64,000 nucleotides of DNA, taken from the NCBI GenBank assembly GCA_024137785.1, contig JAHRHZ010000021.1:25531200-25595199 (forward strand), written 5' to 3'. Below the pieces are notes generated by a model. That model saw only the letters and a list, made by a program, of their open reading frames with translations, was not told where the DNA came from and did not search any database. This DNA comes from Ginglymostoma cirratum (lineage: Eukaryota). A program made the translations under genes and the position numbers. Of the stretch, positions 1 to 11,592 are shown piece by piece (position 1 is the stretch's first letter; each line of letters opens with the position of its first letter).

Positions 1-48
1 TTGTTTTTGTTCCTGATTTACAGCATCCGCAGTTCTTTTGGTTTTTAA
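1..48 (+). repeat. 3' terminal part of a Penelope-like element terminal repeat, cut by the window edge
   Basis: ttgtttttgttcctgatttacagcatccgcagttctttt closely matches the reverse complement of the arm at 14049-14084 (aaagaactgcaaatgctgtaaatcagaaacaaaaac). Confidence 0.7.
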
Positions 49-717
49 TTTCAAATAGTAACTATCCGGAAAATAGTTTGTGCCTTTTTTCCCTTGGTGT
101 GTAATCCTCAGTTGTTTTGTTAAAAGTACATTGGCAGCCTCTTGTACGTGAATATGTTTGTGATTAAGCACTTTGGTAATACTTTGCAAATGTAAAATTT
201 ATCCCCTACCTATCCAGGTGTCACTTTTGACCAGCAGTCTGCTGCTATCATAAACACACACACACTCAAACAAAAAAGAGGGATCTTGGCAGATGTTGAT
301 TCGGCTGGCTTCTTGGTTCAATGCCATAACAGTAAAAGTGTTGATGATTGATTTTTTTCATCATCTAGATTCAGCAGATACTAGGTTGATGCTGTTCTGC
401 CACAGCAAATGGATAGTTAAACTGCAGTCAGAGTACAAAACATGCAAGTTGGATTGTGTAAGAGTAAGGGCAAGACGTCTTGCTTCTTTGGCATCTCATT
501 TGTTTGCACAATGATCTGTACAGAAAATAGGTCCTTAAATACACACAAAAGATTAGCTGGCTTATCATGTGATCTTCTCTCTCTGTCTCCAACTGTCCAG
601 TGTCCTAAATATTGTCATGTCCATTGGATTCCAACTGCCTGGCTTACAGTATTAGGTTGCATCAGGGTATGTTCATTTCAAAGCCAGAATCTCATTGTCC
701 AAATAATTTTATCTCAT

Positions 718-910
718 ATAAAGGCAAAATACTGCAGGTGCTGGGAATCTGAAACAGACTTGGAGAATGCTGGAGAAATTCTGCCAGTCTTGGCAGCCTC
801 TGTGAGAACTGCAGAAGAGTCATGTGTACCAGACGTGTATCATTGATTCTGTTGCTCTCTCCACAGATGTTGCCAGACCAACTGAGTTTCTCAGCATTTT
901 CTGTGATTTT
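718..910. mobile_element. Older Penelope-derived fold-back (inverted) element
   Basis: Left arm actgcaggtgctgggaatctgaaacag...agaatgctggagaaattc...ggcagcctctgtg and right arm cacagatgttgccagaccaactgagtttctcagcattttctg are diverged reverse complements; same sequence family as 14041-14273. Confidence 0.65.
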
Positions 911-1179
911 GTCTCATGGCTGTCCTCATGTGGTTGAGTATCAAGGCAATTGCAATGTTTTTTTTTGCTGACAGAATAGGAGTTGGTCTCTATTTATACT
1001 CCTTCAAGATAACTGTTTCCGGTGACATTTAAAATAGGTTGTTTTCTATTTCAATAATTTTAGGTTGTAAAAGGTACTACGATGCAAATGTTTAGTTATC
1101 ATTGAGACTGCAATCTCTAGTCATTTGTATGGTGACATGGTCTCAGTTTCTCAAAAGAGTCAGTTAGTGGTTTGCAATT

Positions 1180-2000
1180 AATAAATTCAAGAATAATTTT
1201 TGATATAAACTATGGTCTCAGAACAATACTATTTGAATCAAGCTCTCCCTCAAGTAGAAGACATTGAAGAGGAAGGATCTGGGGTGTCTTGGGCTGGTCA
1301 GCATCTGAGTTCACTTGTGCTGATACATCCACTGGCTTTGTTTAACAGGAATCTAGTAAACCCTGGTATGATCAGTGTTAGACCCATGGGTTCGAATTGA
1401 GTTAAAGCTTTTGGACCCTAACCTTTGAACCCCTTGAACATATTTTTTGATAGCCCAGGAGTTGTGACTTACCTAATATGTAACTGTAGAAGGATGTCTT
1501 TCATCTTTCATATGGGATACTTAGTTGAGCAAATATGTTATGTTCTGCTATGCTTAGAAATTCACATAATAGGGAGTAATACAAGATATGAGTGCACTAT
1601 AAGGGTGATAATCCATAAGAAGTTTTCAAGAAATACCAACAACAAGTTTGAAGTTCGAACAACTTTTTGAATATGTCTAAGGACATGGTTGGACAGCTGC
1701 CTTTAATTCACTCTCTGTTGTAAAGGGCAATAATCAGGGGACATAGTCAGTCAGTGGCAAAAGAATCAGTGGTAAGATAAAGGAATCAAATCTTATGCAG
1801 CGAGTTATTCTGCTGCAGGATGAAAGGGCAGTGAAAGCAAGTTCAGTCGTAAGTTTCAAAAGGGAATTGGGTAAATGCTTGAAAGAGAAAAGATCACAGG
1901 TCTACAGGGAAAGGACGGGGGATGGACTGAATTGGTCAGCTGTTTCCAAAGAGACATTGGGGCACAATGATCCCAATGAACTTCCTGTGCTGTATGGTTC
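1180..2000 (+). mobile_element. Highly decayed CR1 LINE 3' fragments
   Basis: Remnants resembling EE.DLGV (gaggaaggatctggggtg), RGH (aggggacatag) and FKRELGKCLKEK (ORF 1795-2094), plus a CR1-type 3' UTR ending cttcctgtgctgtatggttc. Confidence 0.6.
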
Positions 2001-2009
2001 AACAGAGAA

Positions 2010-2210
2010 TTCTTCGTTGTTGGATGACGCCATAGGATTTTTATGCCCTCTTAAGCAGGCTGAAAGGGCTTTAAAATCTTATGCTGAGAAGTGACAATTG
2101 TGCATGTCAATGCCTATCCTGACCAGTTTGATGTCATGTGCAGGTCAGAAACCACAGACCAGATTCTTTGCCCTCATTGCAGAGGAGGTGGTTTGCACTA
2201 AAACTGACAC
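2010..2210 (-). mobile_element. Decayed Deu-domain SINE fragment
   Basis: gccataggatttttatgccctcttaagcaggctga is the reverse complement of the Deu-domain segment seen at 16860-16900 and 41390-41420. Confidence 0.4.
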
Positions 2211-4097
2211 TGCTGGCTGCTGTGCTGTGCCAGCTCCCAGCACTATCCCACCTCTGAGCCATTTTTGTAGTGTGGGGACCAGGGTATTCAAAAGGACTAT
2301 CCACCATCATGCAGGACATAGCTGCTTAGTATTGTCCAGGGCTAAGTAAGTTCAATTAAAGAAAGCTGATTCTGATTTTCCTTTCGACCTCCAAGTTTCT
2401 GCAGGATTTCAGCAAGACTTAGACGGTGACCCTGTCTGCCTGGGAAAGCAATAGCTGTGGCTGCTCTCTAAAGGGAGTCTACCACTTCCTCCATCCCTCA
2501 CTTTAAACAGCAGGGGTATCTTCATTTTGTAGCACACTCACTTACCTTCCATAAGAATTTATTGCTGCTTTCAAGCTGGAGGTCTACAGTTGGCCCTCCA
2601 GCTTTGAAAACTCACCCACTGTCATTAATTACATGGCAGGGAAAATCACAGAGGGTGACTCTTCTCCTCACTTACAGTCCTCTAACCAAATCAGAGTTCA
2701 GAACACTCATAGGCAAAGTCAGGCCTCTTATTTTAGATTTGAAAACAAGGAGTGATAGCAGTGGTGGGCACGGACTTTCCTTGCAATCACAAATTCTAGC
2801 ATTTTATCTATGAAAGAATGGATTTGTTCTTGAGGTAAGGTTTAAATTAGGTATGATTGTCTCTCGAGAACAGTTAGTTGGAAAGAGGTGGGGCAATATC
2901 AGATACTGAGATACATTATGGGTAAAAATAATTAAAGAACTGATGATGGAAAAGAGCTGAAGAAACAGGTGAAAGATTTGACAGACAAGAAAAGTTGGTT
3001 AGAGAAAGGGGTATGATGAATAAAAGTTGACAAAAGTACTTTGAAGAAGACAGCAAGCGACTGAAACTTATAAAGTGGGTGTGCAGAAGAAACAAATTTA
3101 CCAGTTCCTTGTTTTTAATCTTACCTTTTGTTAATAGTATTTAACATAAGACCTGTTGCAAGACATGGTATCCACCATATACCATATTTGCTTCACAACA
3201 AAGGACTTTCCATGTTCAGAGTGTGACGATAGAATCAAAGAGCAAGGGCGAAGGACGAAAAGGATACTTGATAGTAAGAGTAGCTAGAACTAAACGTGCA
3301 CTTGTGTTAAAAATATGATAACTCACATGACTTGCTCATAACAAGCATTCCTTTAATATAGCAACACACGATGTGAAGGAAGCATGTATAATGAGTGGAT
3401 GATCAGCTGCCACCAGTTCTCTTGTCGACATTGAAAATGACCCCTGTTTATTTAAAGTAGAACTCTACACAGTGTATGAGATTAGCTCTGTTTCACTGAC
3501 TGTATTTAAATATTGCCCCATAGGTAAAACATCATCCATTAGTAACAACTGCTTTATTGTCATTTAGGTTGATGAGGATTAAATCAGCAGATCCAGGAAC
3601 AATTTTGTGAATATGTTTTAAATGACTGTCTTTAAAGGAAAATAATTTAGAAAATATTCAGTTATAAATACTCCCTGCTGACCCTTCCTATTTCCCTGTC
3701 ACATGCAGCTAGCATAGACAAGCTTATCATCAATCATTTCTAGCTAACAGAAGCAAGGAAAGTGTTTTCAGCAACTGAGCTTCATTCAGTATCACACATA
3801 ATAAGGTTACTGAGGCTGCATTCTTCATATTCCATTTAGCTTTGATTAAATGGATTGCTTTTACTTCTTTACAGAATAATTATATACTTATGCAGATTCA
3901 TATTTATAGATCTAAATACATATTAATTGCATATTTAGAGTAACTGAAAGAGGCAGCAGAAAAGTGTCCTTAAAACCCTATTTATTCCACCATGTTATTT
4001 TGTCATTAAATGCAATCTTTTAAAGCTTCAAACCATGGAGTAATGCAATGCCTATTATCATTGACAATGCCGCATTTCATCTTATGATCTAACATAT

Positions 4098-4935
4098 TTA
4101 TAGAATAGAACTATAGAATGTTTACAGCAGTAAAGGAGGCCATTTGGCCTGTTGAAACCATGCCGGCTCTCTATATAAGCAACTCGCCTAGACCCACTTC
4201 TCTGTTTTTCCCTGAAAAGGATTTTATTGTGTTATTCTTCTTAGATTATTATCCAAGTCTCTTTTGAAGTGTTCAGTTGAATCTGCCTCGATCACACTCA
4301 CAGGCAGTGCATTTTAGATACTAACTGCTCACTGAATTAATAACGTTTCTTATGCTGTCATTTCTTTTGTCAATCATCTTAACTTGATGGCATTTAGTTC
4401 TTGATCTTGCTGCAAGAAGGGACAGTTTCTTTCTATCTACACTGTCCAGACCACTCATGACATATAAGATTTTTGCCAAGTCTCCTCTTAATATTTTCGT
4501 CGCCAATGTAAAAAGGCCCAACTTTTCCAATCCATCTTCGTAGTTGAGTTTCTTCATCACTGGAACCATTCTCATGAATGTTTTCTGTACTTTGTCATAC
4601 CTTCGCATTATTCCTAAAGTGAAGTTTTCAAAACTGGCCACAATTCTTCAGTTGAAGCCAAACCAGCAGTTTTAAACTGTTTATCAGAATGTACTTTTGT
4701 ACTCTATACAAACTACATATAAAGCCCAGAATCATGTAGGCTCTATTAACTCCTATCTCAACATGCCCTGCCAGCTTCAATGATTTGTGTTTCCCTGATT
4801 TTTTCTGTTTGTGAAAGCTTTTAGAATTGCACCTGCTGTTATTATATTGTCTCTCGCCTTTTTCCCCTACCAAAATTAATAAGTTCACAATGCTCCATAT
4901 TAAATTTCATCTGCAACATATCTGCCCACTCCATC
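4098..4935 (-). mobile_element. CR1 (HER1-like) LINE, 5'-truncated RT C-terminus and 3' UTR
   Basis: Minus-strand ORFs 4321-4641 (KVQKTFMRMVP..LNYEDGLEKLGLFTL..LRGDL) and 4628-4888 (AYMILGFI..LQLKNCGQF) are CR1 RT C-terminal motifs; (TTCTA)n-type tail at about 4100. Confidence 0.9.
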
Positions 4936-5894
4936 ATCCTTGCTATTTATCCTCTTGAAGTTTATCAAACTTGTAGCAGATTATGGAGCTTCCATGTTTT
5001 GTGGTTTTTATAGTAAGTGAGCTGATAATTGTCCTATTGTGTGATAAAATGACAATTCTGCTATTTTAACAAGGTTTTGCAAGTAACTGAATAATGTTAA
5101 CTTAAAATTAAATAAATTAATTGTTGAATCAGTAACAATATGAAAAACATTTCTTTTCATGTTCCAGTTAATTATAGTCAAGTTTTGCTAGTTCAAGTTA
5201 ACAATTATGAGCTCCCTGAGGAATTTCCCAAGGATACATTTTCTGTGTTAAGTCATGTGTTTCTGCGTGTGATTAAATACTGGTAAATCTCTACACCGAT
5301 TTTAAAATTGAGTGCATTCTGCCTGGAGGGAGTCCAGAATAGCAGGAAGATTTGCTTCAATTCTTAGGGCTAAATTCATGTGAATCTGAGTTGACAGTTA
5401 AACAATAAAGTCATACAGTATTTTTAACGAAGCCCTACAGTCTTAAATTCTTCTTTCCCTTTTGAACCTAGCAGTTACTAACAGCAAAGTTATAACAAAC
5501 CTTTAAGATATACCACAAATATTATCCAACTTGTCAGTTAAATGGTATCCTGCACGTAGACTAAGAAATATAATTATTTTCTTTCATTCTGCCTAGGACA
5601 GCTGTAGGATAACGTAACTAATGCACTGAATAGAGATGGAGACATGGTAGAAAATGTAGTGTAAAGGGTTATGTTAACATGTAATTAAGACAATCTACGT
5701 CATCAGTGAGATAAGATCACATGGCTAACAGGGAGATGGTTCCATTGGGAGGCCTTCTGTAAATTCTTGTTCTGCTCATAGATAGACACTATCATGTTCA
5801 ATAAAAGGGAATGCTTACTGACAGGTAGGCCTCTTGCAATCTGTATCAATGTCAATGTTTGACACAACCACACTGCAGTCCCAAATAGCAGTAA

Positions 5895-5990
5895 TGGAAC
5901 AGCAGTGATTACACTTCCGAAAGTACTTAATTGACTGAAAAGCAGTCAGGGATGCTTGAAAGGCACAATGTAAATGTAAGTATTTCATTT
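5895..5990 (+). mobile_element. 3' tail of a Deu-domain SINE/L2
   Basis: aacagcagtgattacacttccgaaagtacttaattgactgaaaagc...aaaggcacaatgtaaatgtaagt resembles the tail of the copy at 17015-17100. Confidence 0.5.
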
Positions 5991-6017
5991 CAGTTTCTTC
6001 AGTCATTTCAGTCATTT

Positions 6018-6440
6018 CAAGATGGTGCCGGCACAGAAAGTAATATTCGGGCTCTTCAGAGTCCATCCACTCCAGGCCGGAGGCATAGTTTTCTCTATGT
6101 AAGTTTCATCTTCTGTCTTTTCTTCTTCCTTTCTTCTTCATCTTTGAGGCTGGAGCAGTGTCAGCAAGGCAGTGGCTGTAGCATCAGTGGTGTGGACCAG
6201 GACTCCTGTAAGCAGTGTTAGTGCCTAGAGCCTGTACTCCTGGTGGCAGTAGGCCCGGAGCCTGGATTCTTGGCAGCGGTGGTGTCCTGTGCGAGGATTC
6301 CAGGCAGCGGTAGGCATTAAGTCATTTAATTCATTTTTTTTTCCTTGTTGTGCCTCAAAATGGCGCTAGATTGTGACGACAAAACAATTTTCATTGTATC
6401 TACAAGATGTATGTGACAGTAAAGTCATTCATCACTCATT
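6018..6440 (+). mobile_element. Non-autonomous retroelement with Rex1/Babar-like ends and internal ~30-bp tandem repeats
   Basis: Starts caagatggtgccgg and ends gtgacagtaaagtcattcatcactcatt (gacaataaa-like signal plus a short-repeat tail); about 4 imperfect ggagcctggactcctggcagcggtaggc units at 6195-6316. Confidence 0.45.
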
Positions 6441-7227
6441 TTATTGATGGTGTCCCTGAAGTACTATTGAAATCTTGGGAATGGTCCAATTTGTGAAAAA
6501 TAGCTAAATAAGCAAAATTAGAAACCTTATCTGGAAAAAGGACAGGTCAAGTTGAAAATTGTTCTTTTACCTTTGCTTTATTAATACATGTTTCATTGCT
6601 ACTACATACCAGGATCAATCTTATTTCCGGAACTGTTAATTATTCAGCCATCCACATTCACTCTTGACAAATGCCTTGTTTCCTTTCTGCAACCATTGTC
6701 ATTCCATGACATTTATTGCATGACATGTCTCTCATCTCTCTTGATCATGACATCTCTTTTGATCTGGACTGAACAGTGTATTCCAGCTGATGCAACCTCT
6801 GCTCAGATAGATGTCAATGTCCCTGACACTTGTACATTTTCTGCAGTCAGGCACATTTCAATTATCTTTGATCATCTCTGGTAATTTTGTTATTGCTTGC
6901 TCACCCATCATGCATTTTGGAGAGGAAACAAAATGGCGGTTGCAGCTGTTTCACATGTGACTGGAAGATCCAGGCACTATATTTTTAAATAATGTGCCTT
7001 GCCACCTACAATCAGTTACTTTGCAATCCTGATTTTCAGTGCTCTGAGGAACAATCTGCAGAAATACATCATGAAACCATAATGTGAATAAGCCAATGTA
7101 CACTGTCACATCCCATTGGAAAATCCTGCATTAGCACTGGGATGGCAGATTAGTAGTAACAAGACAAAAGAATCCAGTCTCGAATCTGTCCGATGAATCC
7201 CACTGCCAAGTTTGAGTGAACAGATAT

Positions 7228-7720
7228 CGTTTTTTTAATAAGTTATAATTTCATGGGATGTGACTCTTGCTGGCTAATCCAACATTTGCTGCTCATCCCT
7301 CATTGCCCTGGAGAAGCTGTTGCTAGTGGCGAGTCACTTTCTTGACCATTGTAGTTTATGTAGTGTAGGTAAACCAACAATACTGGAGGAAAATAGTTCC
7401 AGTATTTTTACCTAGCAACTGTGAAGGAATGGTGATATGGTTTCAAGTCAGGACGGTATATAGCTTGGCAGGAAATCTATAGGCAATGATGTTCCTTTGT
7501 TTCTGCCGCTCATGTCCGTCTCACTGGCAGTAATTGAGGGTTTGGAAGGTGGTGTCAAAGGGACTTTGATGAGGTGCTGGACCTTTTAAATGGTATGCAC
7601 TCCTGACACTGTGTCAATGGCGGAGATATGAATGTTTAAGGAGGTAGATAAGGCATCAAGTTGGCTATTCTGTCCTGAAAGATGTTGGGTTTCTTGAGAG
7701 TTGTTGGAGTTGCACTAATC
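7228..7720 (-). mobile_element. 3' end of an abundant shark CR1/L2-group LINE
   Basis: Diverged reverse complement of the copy at 60540-60930; same orientation and family as 56190-56690. Confidence 0.75.
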
Positions 7721-7721
7721 T

Positions 7722-8870
7722 AGTCATTGTCCCATGACCCAAAGTTGATTAATCTTGGTAATTTCATTGCCAGAATTGGGAGGGCCACAAATCTCTGGGA
7801 TATATGGTTGGCAAAAAGGCAAAAAAAATGGCAGGTAATTGTGAAGGAAGTTTTCTTCCTGTCAAAACGCTCATAGCATCAACTGGCCATACAAACACCC
7901 TAAGTTATCAGAGACAAGTACAAGACACAGCATGAGGTAATGGCCTAGTGATATTATCGCTGGCCTGATAATCCTGAGCCCTAGGTAATGTTCTGGGGAC
8001 CCATGCTTAAAACATGCCACAGCAGATGGTGGAATTTGAATTAAATAAACAATCTGGAATTAAGAGACCGATGATGAACAATTGTCAATTGCCAGAAAAA
8101 CCCATTTAGTTCACAAATGTCCTTTAGGGAAGGAAACTGCCATCCTCACCTGGTCTGGCCTACATGTGACTCCAGACCCACAGCAATGTGGTTGACTCTT
8201 CACCGCCCTCTGAACAATTAGGGATGGTGGCTAAGCCAGTGACATCCTCATCCTGTGAATGAATAAAAGAAAATCATGGCAACAATACTGCTCTGGATAA
8301 TGGCATCTACTTGACTATACCATCATCCAAATGACAGACCACAAGAGCATCACGAGTGGATCTAATGTCTATTGGAGCAACTATCAATACGTCCATCAGC
8401 CTGGTCCAAAAACCAGCAGAAATGTCAAAGGACCTATGAAGTAAGATCTACTCAGTCAGCTCCTCACAGCCAACCTGGTATTGCTGAATTAATATGAAGC
8501 ACAGAAGGTCCACAGCGTCTGATCTACCCTTAAATCTATCATGAATAGCATTTGCAAAGAATACACTAGGTTTCTCATAACAGGAGACAGAAAGACTAGT
8601 TTAAAAGAAATGAGCAGAAGATCTAGAATGTACTAAATTCTGAATGCAAGGCATTCCTGAACTGGAAGCACTATCAAAACCTAAACGAAAGAAAGCAGCT
8701 CTATAGACAAATGAAGGTCCAATACCAACAAAAAAAAAAACCCAGTGACCTAAAGAATAGATGGAGTGCAGGAAATCCAGGAACTCACCAACAGCCATGA
8801 TTTGTGTCAATCATTCAACACAGCCAAAACTACTTACAGCCTAGGAACCCAAGGGTTTTCTCAACTGAGG
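7722..8870 (+). mobile_element. Decayed RTE-clade LINE (endonuclease C-terminus and linker) interrupted by a SINE
   Basis: Motifs LGNFIARIG, TNTL..RDKYKT, W.....WHLLDY and DLKNRW..QEIQEL..SHD; homologous to 46180-47575. Confidence 0.75.
7934..8273 (+). mobile_element. tRNA-derived SINE sharing its 3' tail with the CR1/L2-group LINE
   Basis: A-box-like tggcctagtg head; tail caattagggatgg..gccagtgacatcctcatcctgtgaatgaataaaa matches the LINE end at 60868-60930; further copies at 32480-32755, 50790-51040 and 57060-57330. Confidence 0.8.
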
Positions 8871-9287
8871 CTCAGTCCTTGAAATGGATTCCTGTTCAAT
8901 CTCAGCTCCAAAAGCATTTTGATTCAACAATGCCATGGAGCGATGTGAGATATATCTTTATATATACTGCGAGCTACTGTGCAAAAATAAAACCATATTT
9001 TGAATTCAGTACAGAAAACTAGATTATTACACTGCAGGCACATGTACAATGATATTATATACGTGAAACTGTGACAGTTAATTTCATTCTTCAGAATCTA
9101 CTCAAGTATTATATGTAGAGTTAGGTATGTAGAAAATTATTGATGGGGACAAGAATGCCATTTTGTAGATTTATCATTCTAACCTTTATTGGTTGTAGGG
9201 AAGACAAGAAGAAAAGGGGTATACGAGATAACAAGCATGGGGCTGGATGAACACAGCAGGTCAAGCAGCATTATAGGAGCAGGAAAA

Positions 9288-9321
9288 CTTGACGTTTCGG
9301 GCCTAAACCCTTCATCAGAAG
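9288..9321 (-). ncRNA. Minimal type I hammerhead ribozyme motif (mirror copy)
   Basis: Exact reverse complement of 9748-9781. Confidence 0.7.
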
Positions 9322-9334
9322 GGTTTTTTTTTTT

Positions 9335-9734
9335 NNNNNNNNNNNNNNNNNNNNNNNNNNNNNNNNNNNNNNNNNNNNNNNNNNNNNNNNNNNNNNNNNN
9401 NNNNNNNNNNNNNNNNNNNNNNNNNNNNNNNNNNNNNNNNNNNNNNNNNNNNNNNNNNNNNNNNNNNNNNNNNNNNNNNNNNNNNNNNNNNNNNNNNNNN
9501 NNNNNNNNNNNNNNNNNNNNNNNNNNNNNNNNNNNNNNNNNNNNNNNNNNNNNNNNNNNNNNNNNNNNNNNNNNNNNNNNNNNNNNNNNNNNNNNNNNNN
9601 NNNNNNNNNNNNNNNNNNNNNNNNNNNNNNNNNNNNNNNNNNNNNNNNNNNNNNNNNNNNNNNNNNNNNNNNNNNNNNNNNNNNNNNNNNNNNNNNNNNN
9701 NNNNNNNNNNNNNNNNNNNNNNNNNNNNNNNNNN
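9335..9734. other. Assembly gap (400 N)
   Basis: Run of N. Confidence 1.
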
Positions 9735-9747
9735 AAAAAAAAAAACC

Positions 9748-9781
9748 CTTCTGATGAAGGGTTTAGGCCCGAAACGTCAAG
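9748..9781 (+). ncRNA. Minimal type I hammerhead ribozyme motif of a Penelope-like element
   Basis: CTT-CTGATGA-A-GGGT(TTAG)GCCC-GAAA-CGTC-AAG: intact CUGAUGA and GAAA core, helix II, palindromic ACGT helix III, GUC cleavage triplet (C9778) and helix I CTT/AAG. Confidence 0.75.
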
Positions 9782-11440
9782 TTTTCCTGCTCCTATAATG
9801 CTGCTTGACCTGCTGTGTTCATCCAGCCCCATGCTTGTTATCTCGGATTCTCCAGCATCTGCAGTACCTTTTATCTCTGATACAAGAAAAGGGGTATGTT
9901 AGTTATTTTTTTCGAAAAAGGACGATTCTGTAATAGTGCATACTTGCTCTAGTTAGTGGAGGATACTGATAAGATTACTGATAAATGATGTAAAAGGCCT
10001 GAATATACTGCAGTTACTGATTGCTGTATCTGTAATTGATCATGGATCTGTGAAATTGTACTGTGATTGTAGCTGGGCACAGAATGAAAAACAGCACAAG
10101 ACTCTTAATACTCCTCTTAGGAATGCTATACTTATCCCATTAAATCCTAGGTACTTTGCCTTGGGGATACCTTATAGACAGTCCATTATTACAATGCCCA
10201 TAGTCAGACTTCTCAAGAGAGCTGGAAGATACTTGGTTGACAGCTGATGATTTTTGCTGTGGCAGTACCTAACTGATCTGCAAGGCCAAAAAGGTCCAAT
10301 TCTTTCTTGATAGCTTTATATCTGTATTTGCATGGAACAGAAAACATTTATTTTCCAGTGCCTTCTTCTGTTCATCAGACAAGAATGCTTACAAAGACAT
10401 GTTAATATTGGACATTCTTAGAATGCTATTCAACCTTAGCTGGATTATATGACCTCTTAAAGCAGACTGCAAAGCCAGAATGATTTGTAATGCAAAACGG
10501 AATCGACGGCCCAGATACACTTAGGATTAGAGCTCAATATATGAAAACATCTAAAGACTCTGGGCAGAAAAAGCAGACTGTGATTACTGAAACAATCAAT
10601 TACACGATGCACTCTCTCCTTGTATCACATACTTTACTTTAATGAAGCAATAATGAACAAGAAGGTATAAATTAATTGCTAATTAATGCAAGTAATTTTA
10701 CTGCATGCCAGAATTAGTTTGGGCACAAGGTGAGGCCAGGTGGTCAAACAAATCCCAAAGTGTATTCACCAGCACGCTTTATTTGTTATTCCTAATTATG
10801 GAATGACAAACTACAGCAATCATGTCAATAATGCAACATTATTCTTTGATTGACGTAAAATGACAACTAACCTAACTGGTACAGATCCAAAAATGAATAT
10901 CCTCTTTTTATCTTTTGTTTAAAAATCTACAGTGTACAATCTAGCACAAATAGCATTAGGCAATCCACAATTTGATGGTAAAGTGCTATCACTGTGATTT
11001 TTGTAGTGGCATTATACTAAAGCATATTTCGCAGTAATAAAGTAAAATTGATATAATAGTGATGTAACTTCTTGAGAAATATTACATATTCCTGTTTGAT
11101 GATCCTTTTAGAATGTTATGCTGTTTTGTTTTCAATGTCATGATTTCCATGGTGTTACACAATTTGTCTGCATGCCTAAATTATTTTGCAATATTGCCAG
11201 TTATCTCTCATCCAATTCTTCCACCACTATAGTTGGTTTGACAAATTGTGGTTCATGAATTTCTAATCACAATGAGCAAACTGATGTCCGGCAATTACGC
11301 TGAAATATTGAGAAGTACAGGAACTTAGCAAAATATCAAAAATGCAATTTAACTCAAAATCCACAACTTGGTAAAAGATGCAATATTATAATTTAATTGA
11401 TATATGACAAACTAATAGTTACTGCACTCTACAATACGTT

Positions 11441-11592
11441 TGTTGAACCTGTGATAAAGCTCATCTATGGGAGAGTCATTCCTAACAATAAAATAATGAT
11501 TTGGATTTGAACTCATATTAGCACATCACCTGTCTACAAAGACTACCTGAAGACAGTCCCAGAGGTAGTCATTACAGACAGATTTCACTGCA
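11441..11592. mobile_element. Ancient MITE-like hairpin element (Tc1/mariner-pogo-like termini)
   Basis: Ends tgttgaacctgt ... acagatttcactg are imperfect TIRs; internal stem ctgtct-N5-gactacct...aggtagtc-N5-agacag (11530-11581). Confidence 0.4.

Larger units (their letters stand above)
9224..9886. mobile_element. Young Penelope-like fold-back element spanning an assembly gap, with target-site duplication
   Basis: Perfect inverted arms 9224-9334 and 9735-9845; direct repeat aagaaaaggggtat at 9209-9222 and 9884-9897; near-identical family copy at 60283-60456. Confidence 0.85.

Noticed and set aside
3160-3290. Frame containing FPCSECD, resembling a C2H2 zinc finger
   Set aside because: No F/L/H-x3-H spacing follows and it ends in a stop
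6195-6316. Spaced ~30-bp repeats that could suggest a CRISPR-like array
   Set aside because: Degenerate tandem units without unique spacers, in a vertebrate retroelement and with no cas genes
9179-9902. Mirror ORFs of 217 and 237 aa on both strands
   Set aside because: Artefacts of reading through the N gap within an inverted repeat
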